From: Bacteroidales bacterium
Lineage (GTDB): Bacteria; Bacteroidota; Bacteroidia; Bacteroidales; WCHB1-69
Length of the DNA stretch: 64,000 bases
Assembly (NCBI GenBank): GCA_045616665.1
Contig: JAZLHE010000098.1
Span: forward strand, 8,034-72,033
Direction: 5' to 3'
The notes under the pieces are model-generated. The model ran no database searches and was not told the origin of the DNA. It was given only the letters and a program-made list of their open reading frames with translations. The first letter of the stretch is position 1. Every line of letters starts with the position of its first letter. Shown here piece by piece: positions 43,558-54,473 of this stretch. A program made the translations under genes and the position numbers.

Positions 43558-46272
43558 TTGGCGAAAAAATTATACACAATCAATTTTTCATATTTATTAT
43601 GCTTTAGCATCGTGCTAATATTCAGCATAATAAGCAATTGTGTATATTCGCAAAATGTTGACACCACGAAAAATACCGACAATTTATATCTCACCGTGGA
43701 TTCGGTTTTTCAACTTTCGGAGATTGCAAAAACAGACACGATTTCTGCGGACAGCGTCAAAATCGACAGTATTTTGCCGAAAAAAAGAATCTCGCAAAGC
43801 GGTTTGGAACACATTGTTGACTATGACGCCAAGGATTCCATTCATTTCAGCATCAAAAACAAAGTGGCTTATCTATTCAATGATGCCTACGTCGTTTATG
43901 AGGATATGAGTCTGTATGCCTATTACATTGAAATAGACTTTGCCCACAACGAGTTATACGCCAGTGGAGCCATTGACGAAAACGGCCATATTGTGGGAAG
44001 TCCTATTTTGAAGCAAGGAGAAGGTGAATATCGCGCCCAGGAAATCAAGTATAACTTTGAAACCAAGAAAGGCAAGATATCGCACGTGATCACCGAGGAA
44101 GGGGAAGGTTATATTCACGGAGAACAGATCAAGAAATTGGCAGACAACACCACCTACATCAAAAAAGGGAAATACACCACCTGCGAATTGGAAGATCCTC
44201 ACTTTGAGATTTCCTTCACCAAGGCCAAAGTCCTCCCTGACGATAAGATTTTGATGGGTCCTGCTTACGTCAGTTTTGCGGACGTGCCGGTTCCCTTGGC
44301 TATTCCCTTCGGTCTGTTTCCGTTGAAAAAAGGAAGAAGTTCCGGTTTGATCATGCCCACCTTCGGAGAAACGCAAAGTCTGGGTTTTTATTTGCAAAAC
44401 CTTGGATATTATTTCGGCATTAGCGACAATTTCGACTTGCTCATCGCTGGAGATATTTACACGCGAGGAAGTTGGGCTCTCAAGGCCGAATCAAACTACA
44501 TCTTCCGATACAAATGCGCCGGTAAGGTTCGAGTGGAATATGGACAGAAATACATCGGTGAAAAACTCATCGACTCTACCTACTATCATTCCAACGACTT
44601 TAAAATTTACTGGGACCACAAACAGGATTCCAAATCACATCCCTACACCCGTTTTTCAGCCCACATCGACATCGTCAGCAGCAATTACAACAAGCACAAC
44701 TTGTCCAGCGTAAACGACTATTTATCAAACCAATACACATCTTCCATCAACTTTTCCACCAGTGCGAAAGGTATTTTCTACTTAGATGCCGCCATTTCCT
44801 ATTCACAAAATACCCAAACCAAGTTGGTGGATCTGAAATTCCCCTCCCTGAATATGTCTGTGACACAGTTTTATCCTTTCAGAAAGAAAAACAAATCGGG
44901 AGCATTGAAATGGTATGACAACATCGCGATGAAATGGAGTTCCGAAATGAGTTCGCAAATCAATGCCACCGACAGTCTGTTTTTCAAAAAAGAAACCTGG
45001 AAAGACATCGCCTTGGGCATCAAGCATAACATTCCCATCACCATCCCCATCAAGATTGCCAAACTTATCAACTGGAACACCAACATCAACTTCACGGAGC
45101 GATGGTATCTTCAACGTTATGGCAAGACCTTCGTTACCGACACGGTGGGCGAAAACATCATTGCCACCACTCAGAACCAATTCCAGCGTGGCTTTTATGC
45201 CTTACACGATTTGAGTCTCAGCACGGCATTGACCACCAAGATCTACTTTATGTACCAGTTTAAGAAAGGCGGATTGAATGCCATCAGACACGTCATCACC
45301 CCAAACTTGAATTTCACCTATAGTCCCAATTTCAACAAAAACACCACCGGGACCTATTTTAACACCATCACCGGAGAATACGTCAACTATTCCTACTACG
45401 ACAACTCCATTTACGGCGGTGCCAACGGACAAACCCGGGCTTTGGCGCAATTATCCTTCGACAACAACATTGAGATCAAGGTCCGCTCGAAGAAAGACAC
45501 CATCACGGGGATGAAGAAAATTGCCATTTTCGACAACATCCAAATTTCAATGGGTTACGATTTCGCCGCGGATTCGCTAAGATGGCAGCCCTTACGGATT
45601 TCGGGACGAAGCACGATTTGGAAACAACTCAACATCACCTTCAGCTTATCCTTTGACCCCTACGTCATCGAAAACGGCGTAAGGGTAAACAAGACCGAGC
45701 TCAAAACCAACAAACGACTGCTTCGTTTTTCCAACGCCAACGTCAACGTCGGCTTGAATCTGGTCATCAACAGGGACTTATTCAAAGGAAAGCAAAAAGA
45801 AGATAAGAATATAACCGAACAACAAAATAAAAACAACGAATCCGTTTTGGATCAGAATTTGCAGGGAATGCCCAATACGCGACCGGATTTCAACAATCCC
45901 TGGTCACTTACCCTCAACTACACCTTCGCCTACACCACCAACGACAATTACGGCTACTATATGATTTATCAGCCCGATCATAACGTCAAACCCTACACCC
46001 ATAGATTCGTGCAAACCCTGAATGTAATCGGGGAATTCAGCATAACGAAAAAATGGAAGATCGGATTCACTACCGGTTATGACTTTGTCCAAAAAGAAAT
46101 GTCCTACACCTCTATCGACATTTACCGAGACTTGCACTGCTGGGAAATGCGTTTCAACTGGATACCTTTCGGCTATCGAAAGGGTTGGAGTTTCACCATC
46201 AACATCAAGGCATCGGTATTGAAAGACGTTAAATATGAAATGAAGAAAGACTTCCGAGATAATTTATACTAA
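43558..46272 (+). CDS. lptD: LptD/OstA-like LPS-assembly outer-membrane protein
   Basis: 904 aa with a TTG start and signal-like N-terminus. An OstA-like N-terminal beta-jellyroll segment (HIVDYDAKDSIHFSIKNKVAYLFNDAYVVYEDMSL) precedes a long beta-barrel-type sequence. Size and position next to the amidase are as in many Bacteroidota. Confidence 0.6.
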   Translation: MAKKLYTINFSYLLCFSIVLIFSIISNCVYSQNVDTTKNTDNLYLTVDSVFQLSEIAKTDTISADSVKIDSILPKKRISQSGLEHIVDYDAKDSIHFSIKNKVAYLFNDAYVVYEDMSLYAYYIEIDFAHNELYASGAIDENGHIVGSPILKQGEGEYRAQEIKYNFETKKGKISHVITEEGEGYIHGEQIKKLADNTTYIKKGKYTTCELEDPHFEISFTKAKVLPDDKILMGPAYVSFADVPVPLAIPFGLFPLKKGRSSGLIMPTFGETQSLGFYLQNLGYYFGISDNFDLLIAGDIYTRGSWALKAESNYIFRYKCAGKVRVEYGQKYIGEKLIDSTYYHSNDFKIYWDHKQDSKSHPYTRFSAHIDIVSSNYNKHNLSSVNDYLSNQYTSSINFSTSAKGIFYLDAAISYSQNTQTKLVDLKFPSLNMSVTQFYPFRKKNKSGALKWYDNIAMKWSSEMSSQINATDSLFFKKETWKDIALGIKHNIPITIPIKIAKLINWNTNINFTERWYLQRYGKTFVTDTVGENIIATTQNQFQRGFYALHDLSLSTALTTKIYFMYQFKKGGLNAIRHVITPNLNFTYSPNFNKNTTGTYFNTITGEYVNYSYYDNSIYGGANGQTRALAQLSFDNNIEIKVRSKKDTITGMKKIAIFDNIQISMGYDFAADSLRWQPLRISGRSTIWKQLNITFSLSFDPYVIENGVRVNKTELKTNKRLLRFSNANVNVGLNLVINRDLFKGKQKEDKNITEQQNKNNESVLDQNLQGMPNTRPDFNNPWSLTLNYTFAYTTNDNYGYYMIYQPDHNVKPYTHRFVQTLNVIGEFSITKKWKIGFTTGYDFVQKEMSYTSIDIYRDLHCWEMRFNWIPFGYRKGWSFTINIKASVLKDVKYEMKKDFRDNLY

Positions 46273-46322
46273 AAAAATTACTATCACACCCAAGATTTTA
46301 CGATTTAATTACGTTATAGATA

Positions 46323-46883
46323 ATGAACAAGATGACGCAGGAAGATGTTAGGCAGTTGATTGAGGGCTGCAACAAAGGCAAACGCCTGGCCCAACACCGA
46401 TTGTTTAAAACATATTATGGTCTGATGTTCTCTGTCTGTATGCGCTACGCCAACAACTACGAGGACGCACAGGATATGGTTAATGAGGGCTTTGTAAAGA
46501 TTTTTGCCGGCCTTAAAACCTACGAATCGTCAGGATCGTTTGAAGCGTGGATGAAGACCGTGATGGTGAATGCGGCTTTGGATTATCTCAGAAAATACCG
46601 CACCCCTGCCGACCTAATCCAATACGACGACATCACAGACGACGTTCTTAACCAATATAGCGAAAACGAGGCCCTGGACAAAATTTCAACCGACGAACTC
46701 ATACAACTCATCCAACAACTTCCCCCAATGAGCCGCACCGTCTTCAATATGTATATCTTTGAAGATATGTCTCATACGGAAATAGCGAAAGCGCTCAATA
46801 TCAAGGAAGGAACCTCCCACTGGCACCTCAATTTCGCCAGAACAAAATTAAAAGAAGAAATACAAAAAAGTCAACTCAAATGA
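46323..46883 (+). CDS. ECF-type RNA polymerase sigma-70 factor
   Basis: 186 aa with region 2 (YEDAQDMVNEGFVKIF...FEAWMKTVMVNAALDYLRK) and a region 4 HTH (MSHTEIAKALNIKEGTSHWHLNFARTKL). Confidence 0.88.
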   Translation: MNKMTQEDVRQLIEGCNKGKRLAQHRLFKTYYGLMFSVCMRYANNYEDAQDMVNEGFVKIFAGLKTYESSGSFEAWMKTVMVNAALDYLRKYRTPADLIQYDDITDDVLNQYSENEALDKISTDELIQLIQQLPPMSRTVFNMYIFEDMSHTEIAKALNIKEGTSHWHLNFARTKLKEEIQKSQLK

Positions 46884-47416
46884 ATCAGTTTGACCAAAAT
46901 ATCAAGGAAAAAATAAATGCCAAAAACTATCCATACAAAGCAAAGTATTGGAAAGCGTTCAAACGGCACAGCGGAATGTCCTTGCTGGGCACGGGAGCCA
47001 AAGTCGCCCTATTGGGCGGTATAGGTGCTACCGTTTTGGGAACGGTGCTCTTTTTTGCCCTGCAACGACCTGCCAACGAAGCAGTTTTCAAAACACAAAA
47101 CCAGCCGGTCGTCGTTGAAGAAATGATTTCTGACAGCATTTCGGAAATTGAAGTAACCGTTATTGAAAAACCTAAAGTAAAAGACGAGCAAACGTCTGTA
47201 TCAAACAAAATATCAGCAAATAACGAAAAGAAAGAAAAAGATGTGTTGATTGAAGTGCCAGCCTTTTCGGAAGAAGCCGTTACCAAAGCTTTGCCATCCC
47301 AAAAACCTGTCATCAAACCCATCCACTATGGCAAACCCCTGCAAATTTTGGTGGACACCATTTCTTCCAACGATTTTCCAGATTACAAGACAAAACCAGC
47401 CGACGAACTTTTCTAA
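46880..47416 (+). CDS. Hypothetical single-pass membrane protein, possible anti-sigma factor
   Basis: The ATG overlaps the sigma factor TGA (ATGA). One TM helix (VALLGGIGATVLGTVLFFAL). No conserved motif recognised, so the role is inferred from position only. Confidence 0.45.
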   Translation: MNQFDQNIKEKINAKNYPYKAKYWKAFKRHSGMSLLGTGAKVALLGGIGATVLGTVLFFALQRPANEAVFKTQNQPVVVEEMISDSISEIEVTVIEKPKVKDEQTSVSNKISANNEKKEKDVLIEVPAFSEEAVTKALPSQKPVIKPIHYGKPLQILVDTISSNDFPDYKTKPADELF

Positions 47417-47517
47417 ATCCACCACGCCAGTCAACGAATGCCAACACATTTGTACGTTTTAACGTGCAAATGTTGATATTTTCGTCACAAGCATATCGTG
47501 CGTATTGAATTTATCCC

Positions 47518-47525
47518 TATTTTTG
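47518..47525 (+). promoter_or_regulatory. -7 promoter box TATTTTTG
   Basis: Exact TAnnTTTG match 41 nt upstream of the ATG at 47566. Confidence 0.4.
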
Positions 47526-47565
47526 CAGTGAATATATTTATACATCTAATTAAATAATAAAAAAA

Positions 47566-48447
47566 ATGAAACGTTTAAGCACCTTAATTTTAGCAATTGT
47601 ACTTGTCGCTTTTGCTGGCACTTCTTGCAAAAAAAATTTAGAAGGCAATTTCAATCCCAAGAAAAAAATTTCATCCGTCACCGTGTCACAGAACGGTTAT
47701 GAAGCACGAAAAACGACCTACAAATGGGACAAAAACTTATTGGTAGAAGAAACTGTCATTGCAGGAGAAAACAATTACATTCTTCAATATTCATACGACA
47801 ATAAAAACCGCATCTCTGAAGTAAAATGCACATCGGAAAACATACTTTATAAATATATTTATAATGGAGACAAGCTCGTCAAAATTGAGGGATACCACAA
47901 CAGCGTTTTAGGTACCACCTACGATTTCATCCATCCAAATGGAAAAATTCCCTATATTATTGAAATTATTCTAAAGGTATATGAAGAATCCTCCGCAAAA
48001 AAAATCAACGCATCTCCCATCAACCCATTTTTCTTTTTGCCCAACGAAATTGCCAATAACATTAGCAAAGCTATTCGTAACTCCAAAGATCAAAATGAAA
48101 TTTCATATAATTTAATTTACGACAACAATAAAAACATTTCGGAAATACGTTCCCAATCGATAGTTTACGAATTCAAGTACGACAACAAATGCAATCCATT
48201 CTCTGGCTTTTATAACGCATTTGATTCCGAAATCGATTATTTTTCAATACAATACGACCGTACATTCAATTTCATAAACACCAACAACATTGTGGAATGC
48301 ACAATGTCAGTGCCATCAAGTAGCGGTCAAATTGCCCCTGTTGTCATCAAATATGAATATACCTATTCTAACGACTACCCAACCACTCAAACTTTAACAG
48401 ACGATTATAACGGAACTGTCATCAAGACCACTTATACCTATCTCTAA
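47566..48447 (+). CDS. Hypothetical lipoprotein, paralogue A (YD-repeat-like pattern)
   Basis: Lipoprotein signal MKRLSTLILAIVLVAFAGTSC. Shares long blocks with 49897..50733 (YKWDKNLLVEETV, YDNKNRISE, NPFFFLPNEIA, KYEYTYSNDYP). Confidence 0.6.
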   Translation: MKRLSTLILAIVLVAFAGTSCKKNLEGNFNPKKKISSVTVSQNGYEARKTTYKWDKNLLVEETVIAGENNYILQYSYDNKNRISEVKCTSENILYKYIYNGDKLVKIEGYHNSVLGTTYDFIHPNGKIPYIIEIILKVYEESSAKKINASPINPFFFLPNEIANNISKAIRNSKDQNEISYNLIYDNNKNISEIRSQSIVYEFKYDNKCNPFSGFYNAFDSEIDYFSIQYDRTFNFINTNNIVECTMSVPSSSGQIAPVVIKYEYTYSNDYPTTQTLTDDYNGTVIKTTYTYL

Positions 48448-48468
48448 AATTCAAAACTTCACCATATC

Positions 48469-48497
48469 AAAGGCGGTTTTCTCACCGCCTTTTTTTG
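48469..48497 (+). terminator. Rho-independent terminator
   Basis: Stem aaaggcggt / accgccttt with a 6-nt loop, followed by a T-run. Confidence 0.75.
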
Positions 48498-48566
48498 TAT
48501 CGTTTTTGAACAAATTGATGTTTATATTTGTATTATGCAAAATTCATTGCGTATTATTTATATTAA

Positions 48567-48574
48567 TAATTTTG
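48567..48574 (+). promoter_or_regulatory. -7 promoter box TAATTTTG for the MFS transporter gene
   Basis: Exact TAnnTTTG match 21 nt upstream of the ATG at 48595. Confidence 0.4.
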
Positions 48575-48594
48575 CATAATTAAAGTAATAGTAT

Positions 48595-49854
48595 ATGCAA
48601 CCAAACAAAAAACAACATTTCAGCATGTTCGTCATCGGAGCCTTATTCTTTGTCTTCGGTTTCGTAACCTGGCTTAACAGCATTTTGATGCCTTATCTGG
48701 AACTAACTTGCAATTTAAACAAATTTCAAACCTCTTTTGTTCCTTTTGCATTCTACATTGCCTATTTCGTCACGGCGATTCCATCGTCTATGGTGTTGAA
48801 AAAGACTGGTTTCAGCAACGGAATGGCATTGGGATTGATCGTTATGGCCGTAGGCACGATTTTATTCATTCCCGCCGCCCTTTCCCGCACCTTCATTCTC
48901 TTCCTGATCGCACTGTTCATTCAAGGCATAGGCTTGTCATTACTGCAAACCGCCTCCAATCCTTACGTCACCATCTTAGGACCAGTAGAATCTGCCGCGA
49001 GAAGGATGAGCATTATGGGTATCTGCAACAAATTGGCAGGCATCACCGGTGTTTTGATCTTGGCCAACACACTCTTTTCCACCACCGACGGTTTAGTGGA
49101 ACAAATCAAAAATATGGGGTTGATGGACCCGCAGCGAGACATTCTGCTTCAGCAACTTTCCAACAAAGTCATCGTTCCCTATTTGATTATGACCATGGCT
49201 TTGATTGCCTTGGTTGTATTTATCAGAGCCGCCAAATTGCCCGAAATCAATGAAGAAGAGGATGATACGACATCTGAAAGCCGCAAATCCGTTTTCTCTT
49301 ACCCATACTTGTGGTTAGGCGTTTTAGCCATCTTTTTTTATGTTGGCGCCGAAGTCATTGCCATAGATTACTTGAAAATCTACGGCAACTCCATCAACCT
49401 GCCTGAAAACATCACCAACACCCTACCAGCATACGCCTTGACCGCATTAATCATTGGTTACCTACTGGGAATCGTATTGGTTCCGCGCTTCATTTCCCAA
49501 CGCAGAGCCCTCATCATCCAGCTTTTGTTGGCTATTACGTTAGTCATTATCGCCTTATGCACACAAGGTATCGTTTCCGTTTTGGCCATCATCTGTCTGA
49601 GTTTTGCCCACGCCATTATGTGGCCTGCCATTTGGCCATTGTCCATCCACGATTTGGGCAAATACACCAAATTGGGTTCTGCCTTCCTCATTATGGCCAT
49701 TGCCGGAGGAGCCATTATGCCACTCATTTATGGAAAGTTATCCTTGATTTTCTCACCACAATCATCCTACGCCCTGCTCTTTGTTTCCTACGCATACATT
49801 CTTTTCTTTGCTCTCGTGGGATGCAAAATCGGATGCAGGCAACAAAACAAGTAA
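48595..49854 (+). CDS. MFS sugar transporter (glucose/galactose or fucose permease type)
   Basis: 419 aa with 12 predicted TM segments. The N-terminus FVIGALFFVFGFVTWLNSILMPYLE is typical of the GluP/FucP subfamily as I recall. Confidence 0.8.
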   Translation: MQPNKKQHFSMFVIGALFFVFGFVTWLNSILMPYLELTCNLNKFQTSFVPFAFYIAYFVTAIPSSMVLKKTGFSNGMALGLIVMAVGTILFIPAALSRTFILFLIALFIQGIGLSLLQTASNPYVTILGPVESAARRMSIMGICNKLAGITGVLILANTLFSTTDGLVEQIKNMGLMDPQRDILLQQLSNKVIVPYLIMTMALIALVVFIRAAKLPEINEEEDDTTSESRKSVFSYPYLWLGVLAIFFYVGAEVIAIDYLKIYGNSINLPENITNTLPAYALTALIIGYLLGIVLVPRFISQRRALIIQLLLAITLVIIALCTQGIVSVLAIICLSFAHAIMWPAIWPLSIHDLGKYTKLGSAFLIMAIAGGAIMPLIYGKLSLIFSPQSSYALLFVSYAYILFFALVGCKIGCRQQNK

Positions 49855-49896
49855 TTTGCAGATATTTTTTTAAATTATAATTATTAATCAAAAAAA

Positions 49897-50733
49897 ATGA
49901 AACGTTTATCAATTTTAGTTTTAGCCGTTGCGACTATCGCATTTGTGGCATCATCCTGCCAAAAGGAAGGACAATTCAATCCTTCAAAAAAAATCACCTC
50001 TGCCGTTGTTGAAAGATTGAACGATGCCGGCAACATGGAAATTTCCAGAAAAATCAACTATAAATGGGAAAAGAATTTACTTGTTGAAGAAACTGTTGAT
50101 AATGGAAGCGTCGTCACTTCTCGCTTCACTTACGACAATAAAAAGCGCATCTCCGAAATCAACACCAGCAATGATATTAGATTAGTTTATACTTATAATG
50201 GAAATAAAATAGCCACCATTGAAGAATCTCATAATGGAAACTTAAATAGAACATACGTTTTTAATCACGACGATTTTGGTTATATCACCAGTATTGACGT
50301 TAATGTTCCCGAATACAAAGGCACAGAGCCATATACCAACTGCACCGTCAACCCATTGTTTTTCCTGCCAACGGAAATTGCCGCTGATATCCAGACCACA
50401 ATGCTCAAATACAAAGCAACCGAATACTTTTATGCTTTTGTATATGACATCAACAACAACGTTGAACAAATGCAAATCAACCAAGTTATTTACAAATATA
50501 AGTATGACAACAAAAGGAATCCATTATATGGTTTTTACGATATTTTGTCAATCGATTTTGACTGGATCTTTGCCAAGCATAATGTTATTGAAAGAACTGT
50601 CACTAATTCAGACTATCCAGATGACAAGCAAATTGTAAAATATGAATACACTTATTCGGGTAATTACCCTTTAAAACAAATTGTCAGAGACGACAAAGGT
50701 GCTATTCGTGAAAGAACCACATTTAATTATTAA
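49897..50733 (+). CDS. Hypothetical lipoprotein, paralogue B
   Basis: Lipoprotein signal MKRLSILVLAVATIAFVASSC. Collinear similarity to 47566..48447 includes the region around the start codon (aaaaaaaatgaaacgttta). Confidence 0.6.
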   Translation: MKRLSILVLAVATIAFVASSCQKEGQFNPSKKITSAVVERLNDAGNMEISRKINYKWEKNLLVEETVDNGSVVTSRFTYDNKKRISEINTSNDIRLVYTYNGNKIATIEESHNGNLNRTYVFNHDDFGYITSIDVNVPEYKGTEPYTNCTVNPLFFLPTEIAADIQTTMLKYKATEYFYAFVYDINNNVEQMQINQVIYKYKYDNKRNPLYGFYDILSIDFDWIFAKHNVIERTVTNSDYPDDKQIVKYEYTYSGNYPLKQIVRDDKGAIRERTTFNY

Positions 50734-50744
50734 AAACAGCCATT

Positions 50745-51233
<489 letters not shown>

Positions 51234-51244
51234 CTATTTTTCAC

Positions 51245-51275
51245 TTTGCAAAAATACTAAATTTTCGTATTTTTG
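51245..51275 (+). promoter_or_regulatory. Bacteroidota promoter (-33 TTTG / -7 TATTTTTG) for glmM
   Basis: TTTG at 51245..51248 and TATTTTTG at 51268..51275 are separated by 19 nt. The ATG follows at 51301. Confidence 0.55.
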
Positions 51276-51300
51276 CAGCATAGAATCAACTCAATTTACT

Positions 51301-52692
51301 ATGTCGTTAATTAAATCTATATCAGGAATCAGAGGCACCATCGGTGGCAAAGTCGGTGAAAACCTCACCCCCGTTGACATTGTCAATTTCACATCTGCAT
51401 TTGTCACTTTTCTAAGAAAGGATAATCGGGAAAAAGAATTGAAAATCGTTGTCGGTCGTGACGCAAGAATTTCAGGTGATAAAATCAACCATTTGGTTTG
51501 CAGCACGTTGCAATTTATGGGCGTTCAGGTCATTGACTTGGGACTTTCTACCACACCAACGGTTGAGATGGCTGTAATCCAACAGCATAGCGATGCGGGA
51601 ATCATCATTACCGCCAGTCATAATCCTATGCAATGGAATGCATTAAAACTCCTTAACGACAAAGGTGAGTTTATTTCCGGAGCAGAAGGCAAAGAATTAT
51701 TGGACATTATTGAGAAACAGGATTTCACTTACGCCGACATAAAGAATCTCGGAACCTATACTTTTTATGACCACGCCATTCAAGACCATATCGACGCCAT
51801 TATGCGGTTGCCGCTTGTGGATGTGAAAGCCATTCGCGAAGCCAACTTTTCCGTTATCATTGATTGTGTAAATTCAACGGGAGGCATTGCCCTGAAACCT
51901 TTATTGGAACAGTTGGGTGTTAACAAAGTCACGTTATTATACGGTGAACCGACTGGTATTTTCCCACACAATCCGGAACCCATTCCAGAACATTTGTCGG
52001 AAATTTCCAACGAAATGAAACGGCACAACTACGATGTCGGCTTTGTCGTTGACCCGGACGTGGATCGCTTGGCCATTGTCAAAGACGACGGCGAAATGTT
52101 TGTTGAAGAATACACGCTGGTTGCCGTGGCCGACTATATTTTGCAAAACAAGAAAGGGAATACCGTTTCCAACCTTTCTTCCTCCAGAGCACTGCGAGAT
52201 ATTAGTCAACAATATGGCGTTGAATACAATGCCGCTGCCGTAGGCGAAGTGAATGTAGTGGCCAAGATGAAGGAAACCAACGCCATCATTGGCGGCGAAG
52301 GCAACGGAGGTGTCATTTATCCGGAACTGCATTATGGGCGTGACGCATTGGTGGGCATTGCCTTGTTCTTAAGCTATATGGCCAAAAGCAAAAAAAGCTG
52401 TTCCGAAATCCGTGCTCAGTACCCCGCCTACTTCATTTCGAAGAACAAAATCGAATTGCAAGCCAATATGAATGTCAAAAAGATATTGGATATCATTGCC
52501 GAAAGCTACAGTCAATACGAGGTTAACCGTATCGACGGCGTGAAAATCGATTTTGAAAACAGCTGGGTTCACTTGCGCACTTCCAACACCGAACCGATTA
52601 TTCGTATCTATGCCGAAGCTGGTACGGAAATTCAAGCCGAACATCTGGCTCAAAAAATCATTGCAGACATTCGCGAAGCAATGAAAGCTTAG
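51301..52692 (+). CDS. glmM: Phosphoglucosamine mutase (alpha-D-phosphohexomutase family)
   Basis: 463 aa with the Bacteroidota-type start MSLIKSISGIRGTIGG, the phosphoserine loop ITASHNP, the metal loop VDPDVDRL and GGEGNGG. Confidence 0.88.
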   Translation: MSLIKSISGIRGTIGGKVGENLTPVDIVNFTSAFVTFLRKDNREKELKIVVGRDARISGDKINHLVCSTLQFMGVQVIDLGLSTTPTVEMAVIQQHSDAGIIITASHNPMQWNALKLLNDKGEFISGAEGKELLDIIEKQDFTYADIKNLGTYTFYDHAIQDHIDAIMRLPLVDVKAIREANFSVIIDCVNSTGGIALKPLLEQLGVNKVTLLYGEPTGIFPHNPEPIPEHLSEISNEMKRHNYDVGFVVDPDVDRLAIVKDDGEMFVEEYTLVAVADYILQNKKGNTVSNLSSSRALRDISQQYGVEYNAAAVGEVNVVAKMKETNAIIGGEGNGGVIYPELHYGRDALVGIALFLSYMAKSKKSCSEIRAQYPAYFISKNKIELQANMNVKKILDIIAESYSQYEVNRIDGVKIDFENSWVHLRTSNTEPIIRIYAEAGTEIQAEHLAQKIIADIREAMKA

Positions 52693-52696
52693 ACTG

Positions 52697-54214
52697 TTAG
52701 AAACCGATCTTTACGCCAAAATGGATTTTCCCACTCTTGAACGAGATGGGGTTGTTAAATTGTTTACCTAAGGCATAACTCAAATAAAACATTCCCGCCT
52801 TGGTATCAAACGACAAACCCAAGCCAAATCCGAAAGGAATATCACGCAAATAGCTGTCTATCAACACCCTTTCGTACCACGCCGCATTGAAAAACGCATT
52901 GATGTAGGAACGTTTGGCAAATAGGAAACGAACTTCGGCCAAGGCAATGGCATACGAAGAACAATAAATGGCCTTTTCGTCAAAACCCTGAAGTGAATTC
53001 ACGCCTCCGATTCGATACAACTCATTCATATAATGCTTATTACCGAACAAAGTTCCGCCATTGGCACCTAAAACGAACACCCACCTTTTATATAGAGGAA
53101 TGAACCCTTGAATCGTTACATTCAAGCGATAATTGACCTGACTCATCGGCAAACCTTCATAGAGAGCATCACCTGCCTTGGCATTCTTGACAATTTTTCG
53201 ATTTCCCACACTGCCGTTCACCACCAAAGAGAACCCCTTTCGAGGATTAAAAACATAATCCAATTTTCTGATATTAAACTCAATACCATACATTGACTTT
53301 CGATAGTCAATACATTGGAAAGACGTGTCTGCCACAAGCAACGAAGGGGACAAAACATTGGACGATGTGTAATCAAAATACGCTTTCACATAACTGTTTC
53401 CCAGCATAGAATACTGCAAGCCGATCTCGTAATTCATCGACAAATAAGAAGTATCCTTTTTGTCCAAAACAAATTGTCCATCCACACCCAACGGAGTTTT
53501 AAACAAATACGGAAAATTCAAGTGCACATTCAAATACTGCGAAAAACGCTCTGTGCTACGCCATTGCAAATCAATCTGTTCGCCGATTTTGAACAGATTT
53601 TTCAGATTCAGATTCACTTCGCCATTTACCGAAACCTTTCCTGTTCGTTCATCAACCGGAACCAAACCGACATACCCGTCGAACTGACAAGTTTTTCGTT
53701 TATCCAAATATAGATATAGATAACACTTGTCATTGATGAACTCAATGGCCGAAGGCTTGATTTCGCTCACGAAAGGCAGTTCCGCCAAGCGCGAAGGAAT
53801 GTCTTCAACCACACGCTCACGATAGGGTTTCTTTCGCCGCCAACCCAAATACGGATAAATATAACTGTTTGAAAGTTTGGCCGTTCCAGCGACAATAATA
53901 GAATCAAAAACCACATATTCGTGTTTATCTATCGTCAGGCGGGCACTGGCCGAATCGGCATCCATTTTCAAACTGTCCAACTTAACCTCCACAAACGGGA
54001 AACCATTATTTTCATAATACGAGACAATCTGCTGGGATAATTTTTGATAATCTTCCAAAAGCAAGAGATTATTTTTGCAAAAAGACTGTGTATTTGATTC
54101 TTTAAGCAGCATTTTCGTCGTCGAATCCATTGATATGGAAGCATAATAAGAAACTTTTTTCTTGTTTTGTCCGAAAAGAAAATTCGAACATAAGGCAAGA
54201 AAAATCACGACCAT
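52697..54214 (-). CDS. Outer-membrane beta-barrel protein (BamA/ShlB-like, POTRA-like N-terminus), function unknown
   Basis: The track start is a TTG at 54238; the ATG at 54214 gives MVVIFLALCSNFLFGQ. The C-terminal half shows alternating beta-strand patterning and ends in an aromatic residue (GVKIGF). Confidence 0.5.
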   Translation of the reverse strand: MVVIFLALCSNFLFGQNKKKVSYYASISMDSTTKMLLKESNTQSFCKNNLLLLEDYQKLSQQIVSYYENNGFPFVEVKLDSLKMDADSASARLTIDKHEYVVFDSIIVAGTAKLSNSYIYPYLGWRRKKPYRERVVEDIPSRLAELPFVSEIKPSAIEFINDKCYLYLYLDKRKTCQFDGYVGLVPVDERTGKVSVNGEVNLNLKNLFKIGEQIDLQWRSTERFSQYLNVHLNFPYLFKTPLGVDGQFVLDKKDTSYLSMNYEIGLQYSMLGNSYVKAYFDYTSSNVLSPSLLVADTSFQCIDYRKSMYGIEFNIRKLDYVFNPRKGFSLVVNGSVGNRKIVKNAKAGDALYEGLPMSQVNYRLNVTIQGFIPLYKRWVFVLGANGGTLFGNKHYMNELYRIGGVNSLQGFDEKAIYCSSYAIALAEVRFLFAKRSYINAFFNAAWYERVLIDSYLRDIPFGFGLGLSFDTKAGMFYLSYALGKQFNNPISFKSGKIHFGVKIGF

Positions 54215-54294
54215 TAATAACTGATTTATTTTCAACAACTTAATACTAATAATATTTTATCTATAATATAAAACTAAAAAAAACGTTTTTTTAT

Positions 54295-54302
54295 TATATT
54301 TG
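54295..54302 (+). promoter_or_regulatory. -7 promoter box TATATTTG
   Basis: Exact TAnnTTTG match 24 nt upstream of the small ORF at 54326. Confidence 0.4.
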
Positions 54303-54325
54303 CAAAATTAAAAAAAATAGATAAC

Positions 54326-54466
54326 ATGAAGAAAATTGTAGTCATTTTAAGTCTTGTTTTGGCTGGTTTATTTGTATTTTCGGCTTGTGACACACAGAAA
54401 AAATGTGCCGCATACGGACATTATTCGGAGAACATCGAATTAAATAGCGAAAGCAATCAAATATAA
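54326..54466 (+). CDS. 46-aa candidate lipoprotein (below the ORF-track length cut-off)
   Basis: Hand translation gives MKKIVVILSLVLAGLFVFSACDTQKKCAAYGHYSENIELNSESNQI. It has a lipobox-like FSAC, its own promoter box, and a stop 7 nt before the next ATG. Confidence 0.45.
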   Translation: MKKIVVILSLVLAGLFVFSACDTQKKCAAYGHYSENIELNSESNQI

Positions 54467-54473
54467 GTCCGCG

